Assembly (NCBI GenBank): GCA_964405925.1
Contig: CAYOQG010000001.1
Location: 6,369-70,368, forward strand
DNA: 64,000 nt
Reading direction: 5' to 3'
Source: an uncultured Phycisphaeraceae bacterium
GTDB lineage: Bacteria > Planctomycetota > Phycisphaerae > UBA1845
Shown: in pieces, positions 19,407-30,900 of the stretch
Layout: every line of letters begins with the position of its first letter
Position numbering within the stretch: position 1 is the stretch's first letter
The notes under the pieces: generated by a model
Seen by the model: only the letters and a program-made list of their open reading frames with translations
The model's database searches: none
Told to the model about the DNA's origin: nothing
Program-made: the position numbers and the translations under genes

Positions 19407-20645
19407 ATGATGGATGGGGCCGATTCAAGCGAGACGCATTTGCCGTATTTGACGGTGGATTTGCCGGGCGTGGGTGGTGTGATCAAACGATACGACGAGG
19501 ATTTCGTCGTGGAGGAGCTACCGCTCTACGCAGCCGGTGGGGAGGGGACCCATACGTACTTCGTGCTTGAAAAACGGGGGTTGACCACACCGGCAGCAAT
19601 CGACCTTGTCGCCCGAGCCCTGGGTCGCAACCGACGGGACTTCGGGTACGCCGGCCTCAAGGATGCCCATGGGGTCACACAGCAACTGGTCAGCATCGAG
19701 CACGTCGACCCGAGACGTGTGGAATCGCTCGAGTTCTCCCGGGTTCGCATCCTCTCGGTCACGCAACACACGAACAAGATCAAGCTCGGACACTTGGCTG
19801 GCAATCGCTTCGAGATCAAAATCCGTGACACGGTGAACTCGGCAGCTGCGCTGGCAGTTGCCATCCTGGATGTCCTACAAAGCCGAGGGGTGCCCAACTA
19901 CTTCGGACCCCAGCGGTTCGGTGCCCGTGGTGATAACGCCGTAATCGGACAAGCCGTCCTCCGTGGCGACTACGGAGAGGCGATCGCCCAGCTTCTCGGT
20001 CGCCCACGTTCGGTCGACCGAGGCGACGTGCGCAAAGCTCGCGAGCTCTTCGATGCCGGTGATCTGGCCGTTGCCGCGGACGCCTGGCCACGCGGCATGG
20101 AAACACAGAGTCGCGTCTGTCGCGCTTTGATTAAGACCGGTTCAGACGCCAGGAAGGCATGGCGGGCTGTCGACCATTCGCTGCGCAAGCTCTATGTCTC
20201 CGCCGTTCAAAGTGACCTGTTCAACAAGGTTCTCGCTCGACGGATCACTGCAATCGACACGTTGCTCGCCGGGGACATCGCCTGGATTCATCGCAACGGT
20301 GCCTGCTTCCGAGTGGAGGACCCGACAGCCGAGCAACCGCGCTGCGAAGGCTTTGAGATCTCGCCCACCGGGCCGCTCTTCGGCCGGCGCATGACCGAAC
20401 CGTCCGGCGCACCCGGCGAGCTCGAAGCTGACGCCCTGGCCCAATCAGGATTGACCCGGGAGCAACTACGAGCAAAGGACGGCACCAAGCTTGACGGTGC
20501 CCGACGACCGTTGCGTGTACCGCTCGGTGACCTTGCCGCGAGTGACGGCGACGACGACCGCGGACATTATCTGCTCTTGTCTTTTGCTTTGCCCCCGGGT
20601 GCTTACGCCACCTGCGTGACCCGAGAAGTGTGCAAGAGCGCCTAA
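19407..20645 (+). CDS. truD: tRNA pseudouridine synthase D
   Basis: 412 aa. FVVEELPLY near the N-terminus and the GLKDAHGVTQQ catalytic-Asp motif (GxKD) typical of TruD/Pus7. Confidence 0.88.
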   Translation: MMDGADSSETHLPYLTVDLPGVGGVIKRYDEDFVVEELPLYAAGGEGTHTYFVLEKRGLTTPAAIDLVARALGRNRRDFGYAGLKDAHGVTQQLVSIEHVDPRRVESLEFSRVRILSVTQHTNKIKLGHLAGNRFEIKIRDTVNSAAALAVAILDVLQSRGVPNYFGPQRFGARGDNAVIGQAVLRGDYGEAIAQLLGRPRSVDRGDVRKARELFDAGDLAVAADAWPRGMETQSRVCRALIKTGSDARKAWRAVDHSLRKLYVSAVQSDLFNKVLARRITAIDTLLAGDIAWIHRNGACFRVEDPTAEQPRCEGFEISPTGPLFGRRMTEPSGAPGELEADALAQSGLTREQLRAKDGTKLDGARRPLRVPLGDLAASDGDDDRGHYLLLSFALPPGAYATCVTREVCKSA

Positions 20646-20959
20646 GCGCCGGGCTGGACCATGCAATTTCACAACGCTCGTCCCGAAGACAGAGGTCAAA
20701 CCAATCTATGATATTGGGCCTTCTAGAGCCGGAAGGGATCGCCACTTCCGCTTGACGACGCCGTATGCGCCCGGAGCTGGATCTTCTTTGCAAGTTCTCG
20801 GCCTGTCGCCGATACTATTGGTGGTCTTAGCATGGAATCTCAGTAACCTCGGGTCCGAAGGCGCGAGGACCGAACGATGCTAGTGTTAAGTGCCCAACAT
20901 GCAGCGTCGCATGGTGGCACTCTCTACGTTTCGGACTCGCGCCCTTTCGTTGACGTAAC

Positions 20960-22405
20960 ATGCTCACGGCTACCCAATGGATCATCGTTCTAGCCCTTGT
21001 GCTCGCCTGGGTCGTTTCAGCCTGTATCGCGGCGGGTCACGCGATCATGTACAAGCGAGACCCCAGAAGCACGACCATTTGGGTCTTTTTCGCCTTTGTT
21101 CTTCCCTTCATCGGGCCGTGGCTTTATTGGGTTATGGGTATCAACCGGATCAGGCGGCGGGCGGTCGTTCACCTGGGCAAGAGAGGGCGGCCTTTTGATC
21201 TGCCACATCCCGCCGAGACCCAGCCGGACTCGGACATACACAAAAAAGCCGTGGGCCATCTGGTCAGCTTGCGCACCGTGGCTGACAGGGTCACCCGACT
21301 GCCCATGCTGCCCGGTAACAAGATCGTCCCGCTCCACAACGGCGAACAGGCCTACCCGCAGATGCTCGATGCGATTTCGAAGGCGGAGCGATCTGTCAGT
21401 CTGGCCAGCTATATCTTTGACTGGGACGACGTGGGCCGCGAATTCACCCGTGCCCTGGGTGAGGTCGCCCAGCGCGGGGTCCGCGTGCATGTGCTGCTGG
21501 ACGGTATCGGCGCGCTTCGATCGTTCTCACGGACGGGCCGGGCGCTGATCCAATCGGGTGCGGAGGTCGCAGCCTTTTTCCCGCTTCGCTTCCCTTTTGG
21601 CCGGCTGCGAATCAATCTCCGCAACCACCGGAAGATTCTGGTTGTTGACGGGTACACGGGCTTCACGGGTGGGATGAACATCTCCGAGCGACATCTTGTG
21701 GATAAGCACGCGCCCGGTCGCGTCGAGGACCTTCACTTTGAGATCACGGGGCCCGTGGTAGCGGAGATGCAGCATGCGTTCGCCGAGGATTGGGCATTAG
21801 CGACGGGCGAAGCGTTGGAGGGCGAAGCCTACTTCCCCAAGCTCTCGCCGACGGGTGACGCATTGTGCCGTGGGATTTCGAGCGGTCCCGACGAGGACTT
21901 CGAGATCATGCACTGGATGCTGCAGGCGGCATTGGCTTCCGCTCAGCATAGTGTGCGCATTGTGACACCCTATTTCATTCCGACGTGGCCCTTGATCTCC
22001 GCTATGGTGGTGCGGGCTCTGCGCGGCGTGGACATCACGCTGATTTTACCATCTAAGGTAGACCTACCCTATATGCGTTGGGCTGCCGATGCTTATCTGT
22101 GGCAGTTGCTCGAACACGGCGTACGGGTTTATCGGCGCCCGCCGCCGTTCGTTCATAGTAAGCTTATGATTGTCGACGAGCGATGGATCCTGCTGGGCTC
22201 CGCCAACCTTGACCGGCGAAGCCTCCGGTTGCACTTCGAGTTCAATATCGAAGTTTACGACATTAAGTTGGCACGGAGTCTGTGCTCGTGGCTCGACGGT
22301 CTGACAGCTCAGTCCACACCCGTCACCTTGGAGGAAGTGGAATCCCGCTCGACCTGGCACCGCGTCCGAGACGGTCTAGCCAAGATCATATCCCTACATC
22401 TCTGA
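20960..22405 (+). CDS. cls: Cardiolipin synthase (PLD superfamily)
   Basis: 481 aa. Two N-terminal TM helices and two HKD motifs (HRKILVVDG and HSKLMIVDE...GSANLD). Confidence 0.92.
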   Translation: MLTATQWIIVLALVLAWVVSACIAAGHAIMYKRDPRSTTIWVFFAFVLPFIGPWLYWVMGINRIRRRAVVHLGKRGRPFDLPHPAETQPDSDIHKKAVGHLVSLRTVADRVTRLPMLPGNKIVPLHNGEQAYPQMLDAISKAERSVSLASYIFDWDDVGREFTRALGEVAQRGVRVHVLLDGIGALRSFSRTGRALIQSGAEVAAFFPLRFPFGRLRINLRNHRKILVVDGYTGFTGGMNISERHLVDKHAPGRVEDLHFEITGPVVAEMQHAFAEDWALATGEALEGEAYFPKLSPTGDALCRGISSGPDEDFEIMHWMLQAALASAQHSVRIVTPYFIPTWPLISAMVVRALRGVDITLILPSKVDLPYMRWAADAYLWQLLEHGVRVYRRPPPFVHSKLMIVDERWILLGSANLDRRSLRLHFEFNIEVYDIKLARSLCSWLDGLTAQSTPVTLEEVESRSTWHRVRDGLAKIISLHL

Positions 22406-22787
22406 ATCCGGCACAGCAACAAGGCGCGCGAATAGACGGGCATCGACGTTCGTCGCACTCGATAGTCTGATATGGGCGGCACGAGAGCTCGTCGACGACG
22501 TGGTTTTACGGACCTCTCTGCTCATGACCTGCGTGTCTACTTTATTTGAAACCGGCGGCTTGACTTGCGGGCCCGGTGGGAAAAGAACAAAGAGTACACG
22601 CTGCTGGTTACGGCGTCGGGCTACGAAGCACGGTCCAGGGGTGGATCGGCGGTAATGCCGCCTCACTGCAATCGGCGGTCGCGTGCGATTAATCTACTCG
22701 GATGAGCCGGTCGGGGTGTCAAGCAAGAGCCGGCTCATGGCGAACGTTGGGGACGTTCGCCACAATAATCCCTTGGGGGGGAATATC

Positions 22788-24185
22788 ATGCTTCGCTATG
22801 CACTTGCGCTTGGCGTGCTGGGTGGCGTTGCCGCCTATGCACCGACCCATCTGTTGGCAACGTTGGCTGAGGAATCAGAAGCCGCCCGTGCCGCAAATGT
22901 CGCGACCATCGGGAGCACCGTGATCTTCGACAACGTGGCCCCGAACGGAGGCCTGAATGCTGCTGGTGCGTCTCCCGCTTCCCAAGACGATGCAGCCCTT
23001 TCCTATGAGGCGGGTGCAGCCGACGACTTCGTCCTTCCGCCAAGCCCACAATGCACGTGGGTTGTCACAGGGGTTCGATGGACGGGCGTGTATTGGAGCG
23101 GGGAGGCGCCCGGTGCGATCACGGGTTTCAGAATCATCGTCTGGCCTGACGACCATGGCATCCCGGCTGGCGGAAGGGCGTCCACACCAGATGTAGCCGA
23201 GGCCCTCGCCGTCTATAGCATTCCCGGCAACGCCCACGAAGCACCGTCCACCGCGGGGGCACTTCAGGCGTATGACTACTGGACCGACCTACCGGAGCCC
23301 TTTGAAGCCCGTCCGGGTGTTCGGTATTGGTTGCAGATTCAGCCAGCCATGACTTCCCCACCACAATGGGGCTGGCACGTCACGCACACCCGGCAAGGCG
23401 ATGCGCCAGCCTGTTACTTCGATCTGTTGGGACTGCTGGCATGGAACCCCATCAGGGACCCGGGTGATCTGGGCTTTCAGCTTCTCGGCGAACCCCACGA
23501 CATTGCCTGTGATGACGGCGACGCGTGTACAGAAAACGGTTGCGTTGACGGAGAGTGCGTTTATACACCTGTCACCTGCGATGACGGAAGTGCATGTACT
23601 GACGATGCTTGCAATTCAGCCAAGGGTTGTGTCTACACAGACATCATTTGTGATGACGAAAGCGCATGTACGACTGACACTTGTGATTCGACTATCGGAT
23701 GCGTCTATACGTCGATCACTTGTGACGATGATGATGCGTGCACGGATGACTCATGCAATCCCGCCACAGGCTGCGTCTACGCACCGATCACATGTGATGA
23801 TGGCGATGCTTGCACCGATGATTCCTGCGACCGCGACCACGGATGTGTCTACACGCCCGTCGTCTGCGAAGATGGTGATGCGTGTACGGATGACACGTGC
23901 GATCCGGCTTCTGGATGTATCTACACTTCGGTCATCTGTAATGATCAGGACGCATGCACGGTCGATGCGTGCGTCGACGGTGAATGTACATATGCAGCGC
24001 CGCCCGACTTCGATGGAGATAAGGACGTAGACCTGGACGACTTCCATCTTTTGCACGGTTGCATGGCTGGTACAGTTGGCGGCGATTTGGAGGTTCGGTG
24101 CCCATGCACGGATCTTAACGGTGATGGGCGAAAGGACTTGCTGGACTACGCAGTGTTCCAGTCTGAATTCACTGGCGAGAAATAG
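22788..24185 (+). CDS. Secreted Cys-rich repeat protein (Dictyostelium-type CTDC-like 24-aa repeats) with C-terminal dockerin-like Ca-binding module
   Basis: ATG at 22788 gives the signal-like MLRYALALGVLGGVAAYA. There are seven tandem CDDxxACTxDxCxxxxGCVYTxxx units. The C-terminus has DFDGDKDVDLDDF ... DLNGDGRKDLLDYAVF (paired DxDxDG loops). Confidence 0.8.
   Translation: MLRYALALGVLGGVAAYAPTHLLATLAEESEAARAANVATIGSTVIFDNVAPNGGLNAAGASPASQDDAALSYEAGAADDFVLPPSPQCTWVVTGVRWTGVYWSGEAPGAITGFRIIVWPDDHGIPAGGRASTPDVAEALAVYSIPGNAHEAPSTAGALQAYDYWTDLPEPFEARPGVRYWLQIQPAMTSPPQWGWHVTHTRQGDAPACYFDLLGLLAWNPIRDPGDLGFQLLGEPHDIACDDGDACTENGCVDGECVYTPVTCDDGSACTDDACNSAKGCVYTDIICDDESACTTDTCDSTIGCVYTSITCDDDDACTDDSCNPATGCVYAPITCDDGDACTDDSCDRDHGCVYTPVVCEDGDACTDDTCDPASGCIYTSVICNDQDACTVDACVDGECTYAAPPDFDGDKDVDLDDFHLLHGCMAGTVGGDLEVRCPCTDLNGDGRKDLLDYAVFQSEFTGEK
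23507..23995 (+). repeat. Intragenic tandem repeat, 7 units of about 72 bp (24 aa)
   Basis: Repeat units read from the translation (CDDGSACTDDACNSAKGCVYTDII and so on). In-frame coding repeats. Confidence 0.9.
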
Positions 24186-24250
24186 ACGGACGCCACGGCA
24201 TGTATTGCTGCTGGTGACCGATACGCCCGACGGCCTGTCGGGGCCTCGGA

Positions 24251-27200
24251 ATGGGGGAAAAATCGATGAAATCATTCGAACCTGGCTCACATCGTCCTAA
24301 CCTGCGCCTCTGGCTGGGATGCGCTACTGCGTGCCTATGCCTGGGTGTTATTGCCCTTGCCCAGACACTGCCGGGCACCGCATCTCCTGGGAATCCATTC
24401 GAGGTGCATGGACTGCTTTACTCGGGTAGTGCGCCTTCAGGGTTCCCACTGGGAGATGCGTGGGCTCAGGGTGTGTCCTACCTCGGGGTGTTGGATCACG
24501 ATGGCAATCCCGCTGTCGATGCAACAGGAGTCCTGTTCCGGGCATCACGACAGGTCGATCCAAACTGGGGGAAGGATGGAGACGGCGTTGATCCGACACT
24601 CTTCGCCGGTGGCTATAAGAACTCCGACCTGATCGGAGCGACTGACGATCCGTGGGGGTGGAACACCGGAACGGGCGGTCCGCAGAAAAACGATATCACC
24701 AATGCGTACTTTCATACGCGCGTAGACCCGGCAACCGGTGATCGTTGGGTGTTTGTGGGTGCTGAGACCCGTGCGATCAACGGTGATAGTCACGTCGACT
24801 TCGAGTTCAATCAAGCGGGGGTCATCATGATCGGTGATGTGGACGGCGAGCTGATCGGACTTGGACCAGATGGCGGGCGAACAGTCAATGACTTCCTCAT
24901 CAGCATCGACTTTGAGCAGGGTGGAGAATACCCCACTGCGAGCGTGCGCTTCTGGGATGGAGGCTCTTTCGAGCTGGTTTCGGCACCTGGGACGATATAC
25001 AGCGCCGCCAACCTTGTAGACATTCCACATGGGGCGGACGGAGCCTGGAAGCACTTTACCGATGACGGTGCAGAGACGGACGTTCTCACACGGCTCCAAC
25101 TGGTGGAAGGTGCAGCCAACCTCTCTGCCCTCGGGGTGGGCGTTGACCCGTGCGAGACAGACGCGACTTTCATGGTCAAGACCCGTTCATCAGACTCATG
25201 GACGGCTGACCTGAAGGATTTTGCGATCGTGCGCTTCCCACTCGAGCCGCCACCGGAGCTGGAAATGACAACGCCGGAGCTTGTATGCGCAGGTGCCTCG
25301 TTCGACGCGACGGTCCACGAACTGACCGGTCTCCACAATACGACGTTTGAATGGACGATTTCCGGATGTGGGTCGATCGTCACACATCCTACGGCTACGA
25401 CGGTCACCGTACACGCCGACGTCGCCTGTAACTGTGAGATTACGCTCGGTGTCATGGTGACCGGCGGCGAATGTGCCCATGTGGTTAGCAGCCAAGTTAC
25501 TGTCGCGGTTGATGACAGTGTGTTTCCCACCCTCAGCAGCGAACCGCCCGACATAACCGTAGAGTGTGACGATGTTCCGCCGGCGGTTGAATTGACCGCA
25601 AGCGATGACTGCACTGATCCTGACGTGGAGTTCAGCGAAACAACAGAGGCCGGGGCTTGCACGGGCAACTCAATCATCGCTCGTACGTGGTCAACCGCCG
25701 ACGATTGTGAAAATGTGACGTCTCACAGACAGCTTGTAACTGTAGTGGACACCACGCAGCCAACCCTGAGTGGTGTTCCGGCAGACGCGGGCGTGTCGTG
25801 CGATGCCGTCCCTGATCCGGCTGTCGTAACGGCCTTTGACAACTGCTCCGAAGCCGGTGTCGAGCTATCAGAGTCGATAACGCCCGGTGACTGCGACGGC
25901 GCGTACACCATAACGCGAACTTGGACAGCCACAGATGAATGTGGCAACGCGTCCACCGAGGCGCAGACCATTAGCGTGTTCGACGACACCGCGCCCGTCC
26001 TGGACGGCGTGCCTGCCGATACGCTGGTGGAGTGTGATGCAATCCCGGGCCCACCAGAAGTCACAGCGAGCGATAACTGCTCAACGGCGGTAGTCCAGCT
26101 CGACGAGCTTGCGGAACCCGGCCAGTGTGTTGGCGAGTCTACGGTCACCCGAACGTGGACGGCTACTGATGACTGTAGCAACCAGGCTTCCCAAGCCCAA
26201 GTTATCACGGTTGTCGACACGACCGCGCCGGTCCTAATCGGTGTCCCTGCCAATGTGACTGTCGAATGCGACGCCATACCGGACCCGCCGGAGGTCGCGG
26301 CCACAGATAACTGCTCCGATCCCGTTGTAGAGCTGATCGAAGAAGTCGAACCTGGGGCAGGTGCGGGGAAGTCCATGATCACGCGTACCTGGGTTGCCAC
26401 CGATGCCTGTGGAAATCAGACGAGGGAGACGCAAATCATCACGGTTGTGGACACGACACCACCGCAACTTCAGGGTGTACCAGTTGATATGACCGTCGAG
26501 TGTGACAGTGTGCCGGAAGCACCCGTTGTGACTGCCACCGATAACTGTGCAAACCCGCCGGTAGGCTTTGCTGAAGACGTTACGCCAGGTGACTGCACTG
26601 GCCGCCTTATTATCACTCGGACCTGGACTGCCATTGACGATTGCGGCAATCAAGCTACCCAGACACAGACCATCACCGTCGTGGATACCACGCCGCCGGT
26701 CTTCGAAAGCATGCCTGTGGACTTCAGTTCCGAGTGCGATACTGTTCCACTACCTGTAGACGTGACCGCGACAGACAATTGCGCCACAGCTAGTGTTGAA
26801 CTCGAGGAAGTGACTGAGCCCGGCGATTGTATTGGGGCATCGACCATTACCCGCACGTGGACGGCTACAGACGATTGCGGAAACCAGACTAGGCACGTTC
26901 AGGTGGTCAGCGTTGTGGACACAACTGCTCCAGTGCTCAGCGATGATCCCGAAGACATCGTGGTGGAATGTGACTCGGTACCGGCTGCGCGCAGCCTGAC
27001 CGCTAGTGACAACTGCGACCGTGACGTATCTGTGAATCCTGGTGAAGAGACGATACCAGGCGACTGCTCTGCAAACTATGACGTGCTACGCACCTGGACG
27101 GCAACTGACGACTGTGGGAACGAGTCCGGTGTGAATCAAATTGTTGCGGTCCTGGACACAACTCCACCGAGCATAAGCCTGCGTCCGAACCACACACAGT

Positions 27201-27835
27201 ACATATGCGACGGTCGGCCGGTCCGCTTCGACGTGACGACGGCGGACAATTGTGTTGAGGCTGAGCTTACGGATAGTGATATCATCATCATAACTGCTGA
27301 TAGTGGAAGTCTCGTCACAGTGACACCACTACCCACTGATGCAGTCACGATCACGGCACCCGGATCTGCCATGATTATGGGATGGTTCACTGCGACGGAC
27401 GAGTGCAACAACGTGAGCGATCCATTCGAGTTCAACATCTCCGCGAAGCTTGGCAAGGAGGCCTGCTCGCAGGGGTTCTGGAAGAATAACTCCGAAGACT
27501 GGGGTCCGGCGGGCTACAGCCGCGATGACGTGCTGCTCGAGGCTTTTGGGGTCACAGACTTGTCGTCGCCTGAGATACCTGCGGGCTTTGATCCGGGCCT
27601 GACAATGATGCAAGCGCTGCAGAATACGGGCGGATCGTTCAATCAAACGCTCATACAGGGTGTGGGGGCGTTGCTTAACGCAGCCCACCCTGGGGTCGAC
27701 TTCCCGCTTCGGGCCGTGGATGTGCAGGCGGCCATGCAGGCGGCGTTTGCGGGAGAGATCACCTTCGAGGAAGCCCGGGCCTATTTCAACTTCGGCAACG
27801 CGGCGGAGGCAGAGTGTGGTTGTCCGATAAGCTGA
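24251..27835 (+). CDS. Large secreted protein with 7 HYR-like (hyalin-repeat-like Ig-fold) tandem domains
   Basis: 1194 aa with a signal-like N-terminus (LWLGCATACLCLGVIALAQT). It has seven units of about 78 aa with the pattern xxECDxxPxPxxVTAxDNCxxxxVxxxExxxPGxCxGxxxITRTWTAxDxCGNxxxxxQxITVVDTTxP. Confidence 0.8.
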   Translation: MGEKSMKSFEPGSHRPNLRLWLGCATACLCLGVIALAQTLPGTASPGNPFEVHGLLYSGSAPSGFPLGDAWAQGVSYLGVLDHDGNPAVDATGVLFRASRQVDPNWGKDGDGVDPTLFAGGYKNSDLIGATDDPWGWNTGTGGPQKNDITNAYFHTRVDPATGDRWVFVGAETRAINGDSHVDFEFNQAGVIMIGDVDGELIGLGPDGGRTVNDFLISIDFEQGGEYPTASVRFWDGGSFELVSAPGTIYSAANLVDIPHGADGAWKHFTDDGAETDVLTRLQLVEGAANLSALGVGVDPCETDATFMVKTRSSDSWTADLKDFAIVRFPLEPPPELEMTTPELVCAGASFDATVHELTGLHNTTFEWTISGCGSIVTHPTATTVTVHADVACNCEITLGVMVTGGECAHVVSSQVTVAVDDSVFPTLSSEPPDITVECDDVPPAVELTASDDCTDPDVEFSETTEAGACTGNSIIARTWSTADDCENVTSHRQLVTVVDTTQPTLSGVPADAGVSCDAVPDPAVVTAFDNCSEAGVELSESITPGDCDGAYTITRTWTATDECGNASTEAQTISVFDDTAPVLDGVPADTLVECDAIPGPPEVTASDNCSTAVVQLDELAEPGQCVGESTVTRTWTATDDCSNQASQAQVITVVDTTAPVLIGVPANVTVECDAIPDPPEVAATDNCSDPVVELIEEVEPGAGAGKSMITRTWVATDACGNQTRETQIITVVDTTPPQLQGVPVDMTVECDSVPEAPVVTATDNCANPPVGFAEDVTPGDCTGRLIITRTWTAIDDCGNQATQTQTITVVDTTPPVFESMPVDFSSECDTVPLPVDVTATDNCATASVELEEVTEPGDCIGASTITRTWTATDDCGNQTRHVQVVSVVDTTAPVLSDDPEDIVVECDSVPAARSLTASDNCDRDVSVNPGEETIPGDCSANYDVLRTWTATDDCGNESGVNQIVAVLDTTPPSISLRPNHTQYICDGRPVRFDVTTADNCVEAELTDSDIIIITADSGSLVTVTPLPTDAVTITAPGSAMIMGWFTATDECNNVSDPFEFNISAKLGKEACSQGFWKNNSEDWGPAGYSRDDVLLEAFGVTDLSSPEIPAGFDPGLTMMQALQNTGGSFNQTLIQGVGALLNAAHPGVDFPLRAVDVQAAMQAAFAGEITFEEARAYFNFGNAAEAECGCPIS
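25520..27180 (+). repeat. Intragenic tandem repeat, 7 units of about 234 bp
   Basis: Seven ECD/SCD...TRTW(T/S/V)AxD(D/E/A)C(G/S/E)N units counted in the translation. Confidence 0.85.
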
Positions 27836-27880
27836 CGCGTTGTGGCAGTTTCCTAGACCGCGCAGCAGCAGCCCCCTTCC

Positions 27881-27941
27881 CTCCCTTGCCAAAGGGGGAG
27901 AAGGGGGCATTAAGTGACATAAGACGATGGCCCCGTCTTAG
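27881..27941. terminator. Hairpins between convergent genes (likely bidirectional terminator region)
   Basis: GCCCCCTT...AAGGGGGC arms around 27881..27917, and TAAGACG-ATGGCCC-CGTCTTA (7-bp stem) around 27921..27941. They lie between the HYR-like gene stop (27835) and the metalloprotease stop (27938). Confidence 0.5.
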
Positions 27942-30900
27942 AATCCGCCGTATTCGTCGAGCTCCGGTTTCAGGATCCGCTCGATGCGCGACTTGCAGGA
28001 CGCCAGGTGCGACTCCGAGGCAAAGTCAAGCTTGCCGGTATCCAAAACCTTCACGATTCTTTGGTTAAGCTGCCGCAAGCAGTTCTGCAACATCGCGTGC
28101 AGGTCGGGTGACACCACCACGCCGGGCCTGGTCCGCACCAGCGGCTCCATGAGATTCAGGTACTCGCGTTGGAGCGACCTTCGGACACTCGAGATCGCCG
28201 GCGACGAATCGGTCCATGCACCCTTACCGACCTTGCTCGCATTGATCGAATCACCCCAGCAAGCCTCCTGCAAGCTCTGCAGATACTCCGCCACCGTGAA
28301 CTTGTCGTCCGCCGTGGTTTTCATCTCCGCGTTGTGAATGCGGGTCAGCGTACCGGGGAACAGTCGATCCATGAGGTTGTACCATTGCAGCACGGAGATC
28401 AGACGATAAACCGGGAAGTCGATTGAGAAGCTGACCTCCATACCCTCATGCCACCAGCGCGGCGCCATCAGGCGGTTCAGGAGTTCGGGTGGGAACGAGA
28501 AGAACTCGTCCTGATACAGATGGTCGGCAATGAACTTCAGCGACCGCCGCTGAAGGTCGGGGTCCACCAGTTCCAGCGGCATCGCGGCATCCGAATCACC
28601 CCGGTGGCTCCGATTCATATATTGGCCGCCGATGTAACGACCGACATAGTCCAGAACAAAGGCCTTCTCCACAATCAAGGTGATGAACGCCGACCGCAGG
28701 TGATACCAGCTTTCGCCATCCTTGACACCCCAATCGAGGATGTTGTCCATTCGCTTGTCGACGACCTCCATCCTCGCATTGGCCCACTCGATCGGATCAC
28801 TGGCCATGTCAAAACGGTTGCTGCGCGGGTCAAGGCCCAGAGCCGTCGTATCCTCGTCCGTGGCGTAGGCCAATTCGGGTTCCGACGCCCGTGAGGCAAT
28901 CGCGTGGAGCATCTTCTTCTCAGCCGCGTCGGGACCGGTAAATGTTGGACCCGATGGTTTCTTCTCCGGCTTGTCAGAGGTGGCGGCCTCCGCCATCATC
29001 GCCTCGGCGGCACCCGACTCGATTATCTTCCTGACCTCGGGTGGGAGCTTATCGAGGACCTCCTGGGGGATCTTCTCCAGCGGATTCTCTTTGGCGGCAG
29101 CCTCCCCGCCTTCGGCGTGCTCCTCCGATTCTTTCTCCTCTTCCTCCTTGCCTTCCTTCTCCTGTGGTTTGTAGGACCCGTCGGCGGGACGGTAGCCGTA
29201 CTCGATCGCCCAGTAGTCCCATGGTCCGAGGGTTGGAGTAATGAAATGCCCCTCTGTGGCATTTTCTGCAAAGAAGAGGACAGGGTTATAATCCATAAAG
29301 GATCCGACGAGGGCTTCACCCGTTGCCCGACGCTTTTTGATCTCTTCAAGGGTATAGATCGAGCTGGCTTTGAAGTTGTGCCGCAGACCGAGGGTGTGGC
29401 CGACCTCGTGGGCGACGACCTCCTTGATTGTGTCGTAGAGGAAGCGATCGATCACCTCCGGCGGCTGGTCTGTGAGCATGGTGTGGGCGACGGCCATTTG
29501 GTGTTTCATGCCCTCGGCGTAGTCGCAACCGACGTACCCCCGGTCGCGCATCCGCTGACGCATTTTTTCTCGAAGGGCCGGGTCATGGTTATGACCGAAG
29601 GAGAAGGTCTCCCAGTCGTGCTGGGGTCGCTTCCACTGCGGGTGCTTTTCCAAGAACTCACGCATGACCGGATCGTTCAGCTTCGTGGCCATGGCTGCGG
29701 GCGGGAGCATCCGCTCCGCCTCCTGCTGGAAAACCCGCACCATGGAGTCGTCGAAGATGATGTCGGCGTCGTAGATTTCTCCGGTGAAAGGATTGGACCG
29801 GTGTGGTCCCATGGCGAAGCTGGCGCCGGTCACGATCCAGCGGAAGAAGCTGTAACGCATGTCCTCTGGATCGAGATCCTTCCACTCGTTGTCGTCGGTC
29901 TGCTGCCGGACCTCGACGGCGTTGACGAAGCCAACTTTCTCGAATGCTTTGTTCCATTCGAGGATGCCGTCGCGAACCGCCTTGCGGAACTTCACCGGGA
30001 CGGTCTTCTCGATGTAAAAGATGATCGGCTGCTTCGGCTCACACTTGGGCAGGCTGGGATCGCGCTTCTCCAGGTTCCAGCGGTCGATGTAGCGATTGAA
30101 GATGTCGCGCTCGTCAACGGGTTTTGACCAGTCCTGATTCGTGGTCAAGAAGTACCCCACGCGGTCGTCGGCGATGCGGGGCTTGTAGCCCGTTTTGGGG
30201 AGCTTCCAGAAGCTGAAATGCACCTGCTTCTTCTCATACGACCCGGGCGGCGACATTTGCCGCATGGCAAGCTCGACGCCGATCTCGACGTTGAGTTCGA
30301 AAGCTTTCTTCTTGATCCACTTGCTGAGGGATGCGTTGACCGACCCTCCACCAGGCCCGCCACCGAACGGCATGGCGGCCATCCAGGCGATGTCGGCGAA
30401 GTTGGACTTGAGCATTCCCTCGAGGTCAATCACGGGGTCGCCCTGGGGCGCCTTGGTGACGATGGGGACAGCCACTCGAATCCGATCAGGATAGGTTCGG
30501 CGCACCACGTCGCTGACCGTATCCTTGTCGTTGGCCACGAAGCCCGTTTCCGGCTCGATGAGAAGCAGTTGCTTATCCAGCGTCTCCCATCGAACGACGC
30601 GCTCCTCGAGGGGGAAGCCGGTAAAGAACCCGCCGCCGGAGAAGCTGACCGACAGCATGAAGTTCTCGCCCAAGAAGCCCTTTGGGATCTGGCACAGCAG
30701 CTTTTCGCTGTCCTTACCTTTGGCGCCGGCGGGGTAGGACCATAGGGTAAAGAGACCCTTCTGTGCCTCCATGTCCTTGGTGACATCCTCGAACTTGGGG
30801 AACTCGGGTTTGTCTTCGGGCCCGTTGGGCCCCTTCCCTTGAGCCATCTTGATCATTTCGGACATATCCAGCGCTTGATCGCCCGACGGCGGACCCGCCT

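Noticed and set aside
23507-23995. Regular 72-bp periodicity that could superficially resemble a repeat-spacer array.
   Set aside because: The periodic units are in-frame 24-aa Cys-rich protein repeats inside a well-supported secreted-protein gene. There are no conserved direct repeats separated by unique spacers and no cas genes. It is not a CRISPR.
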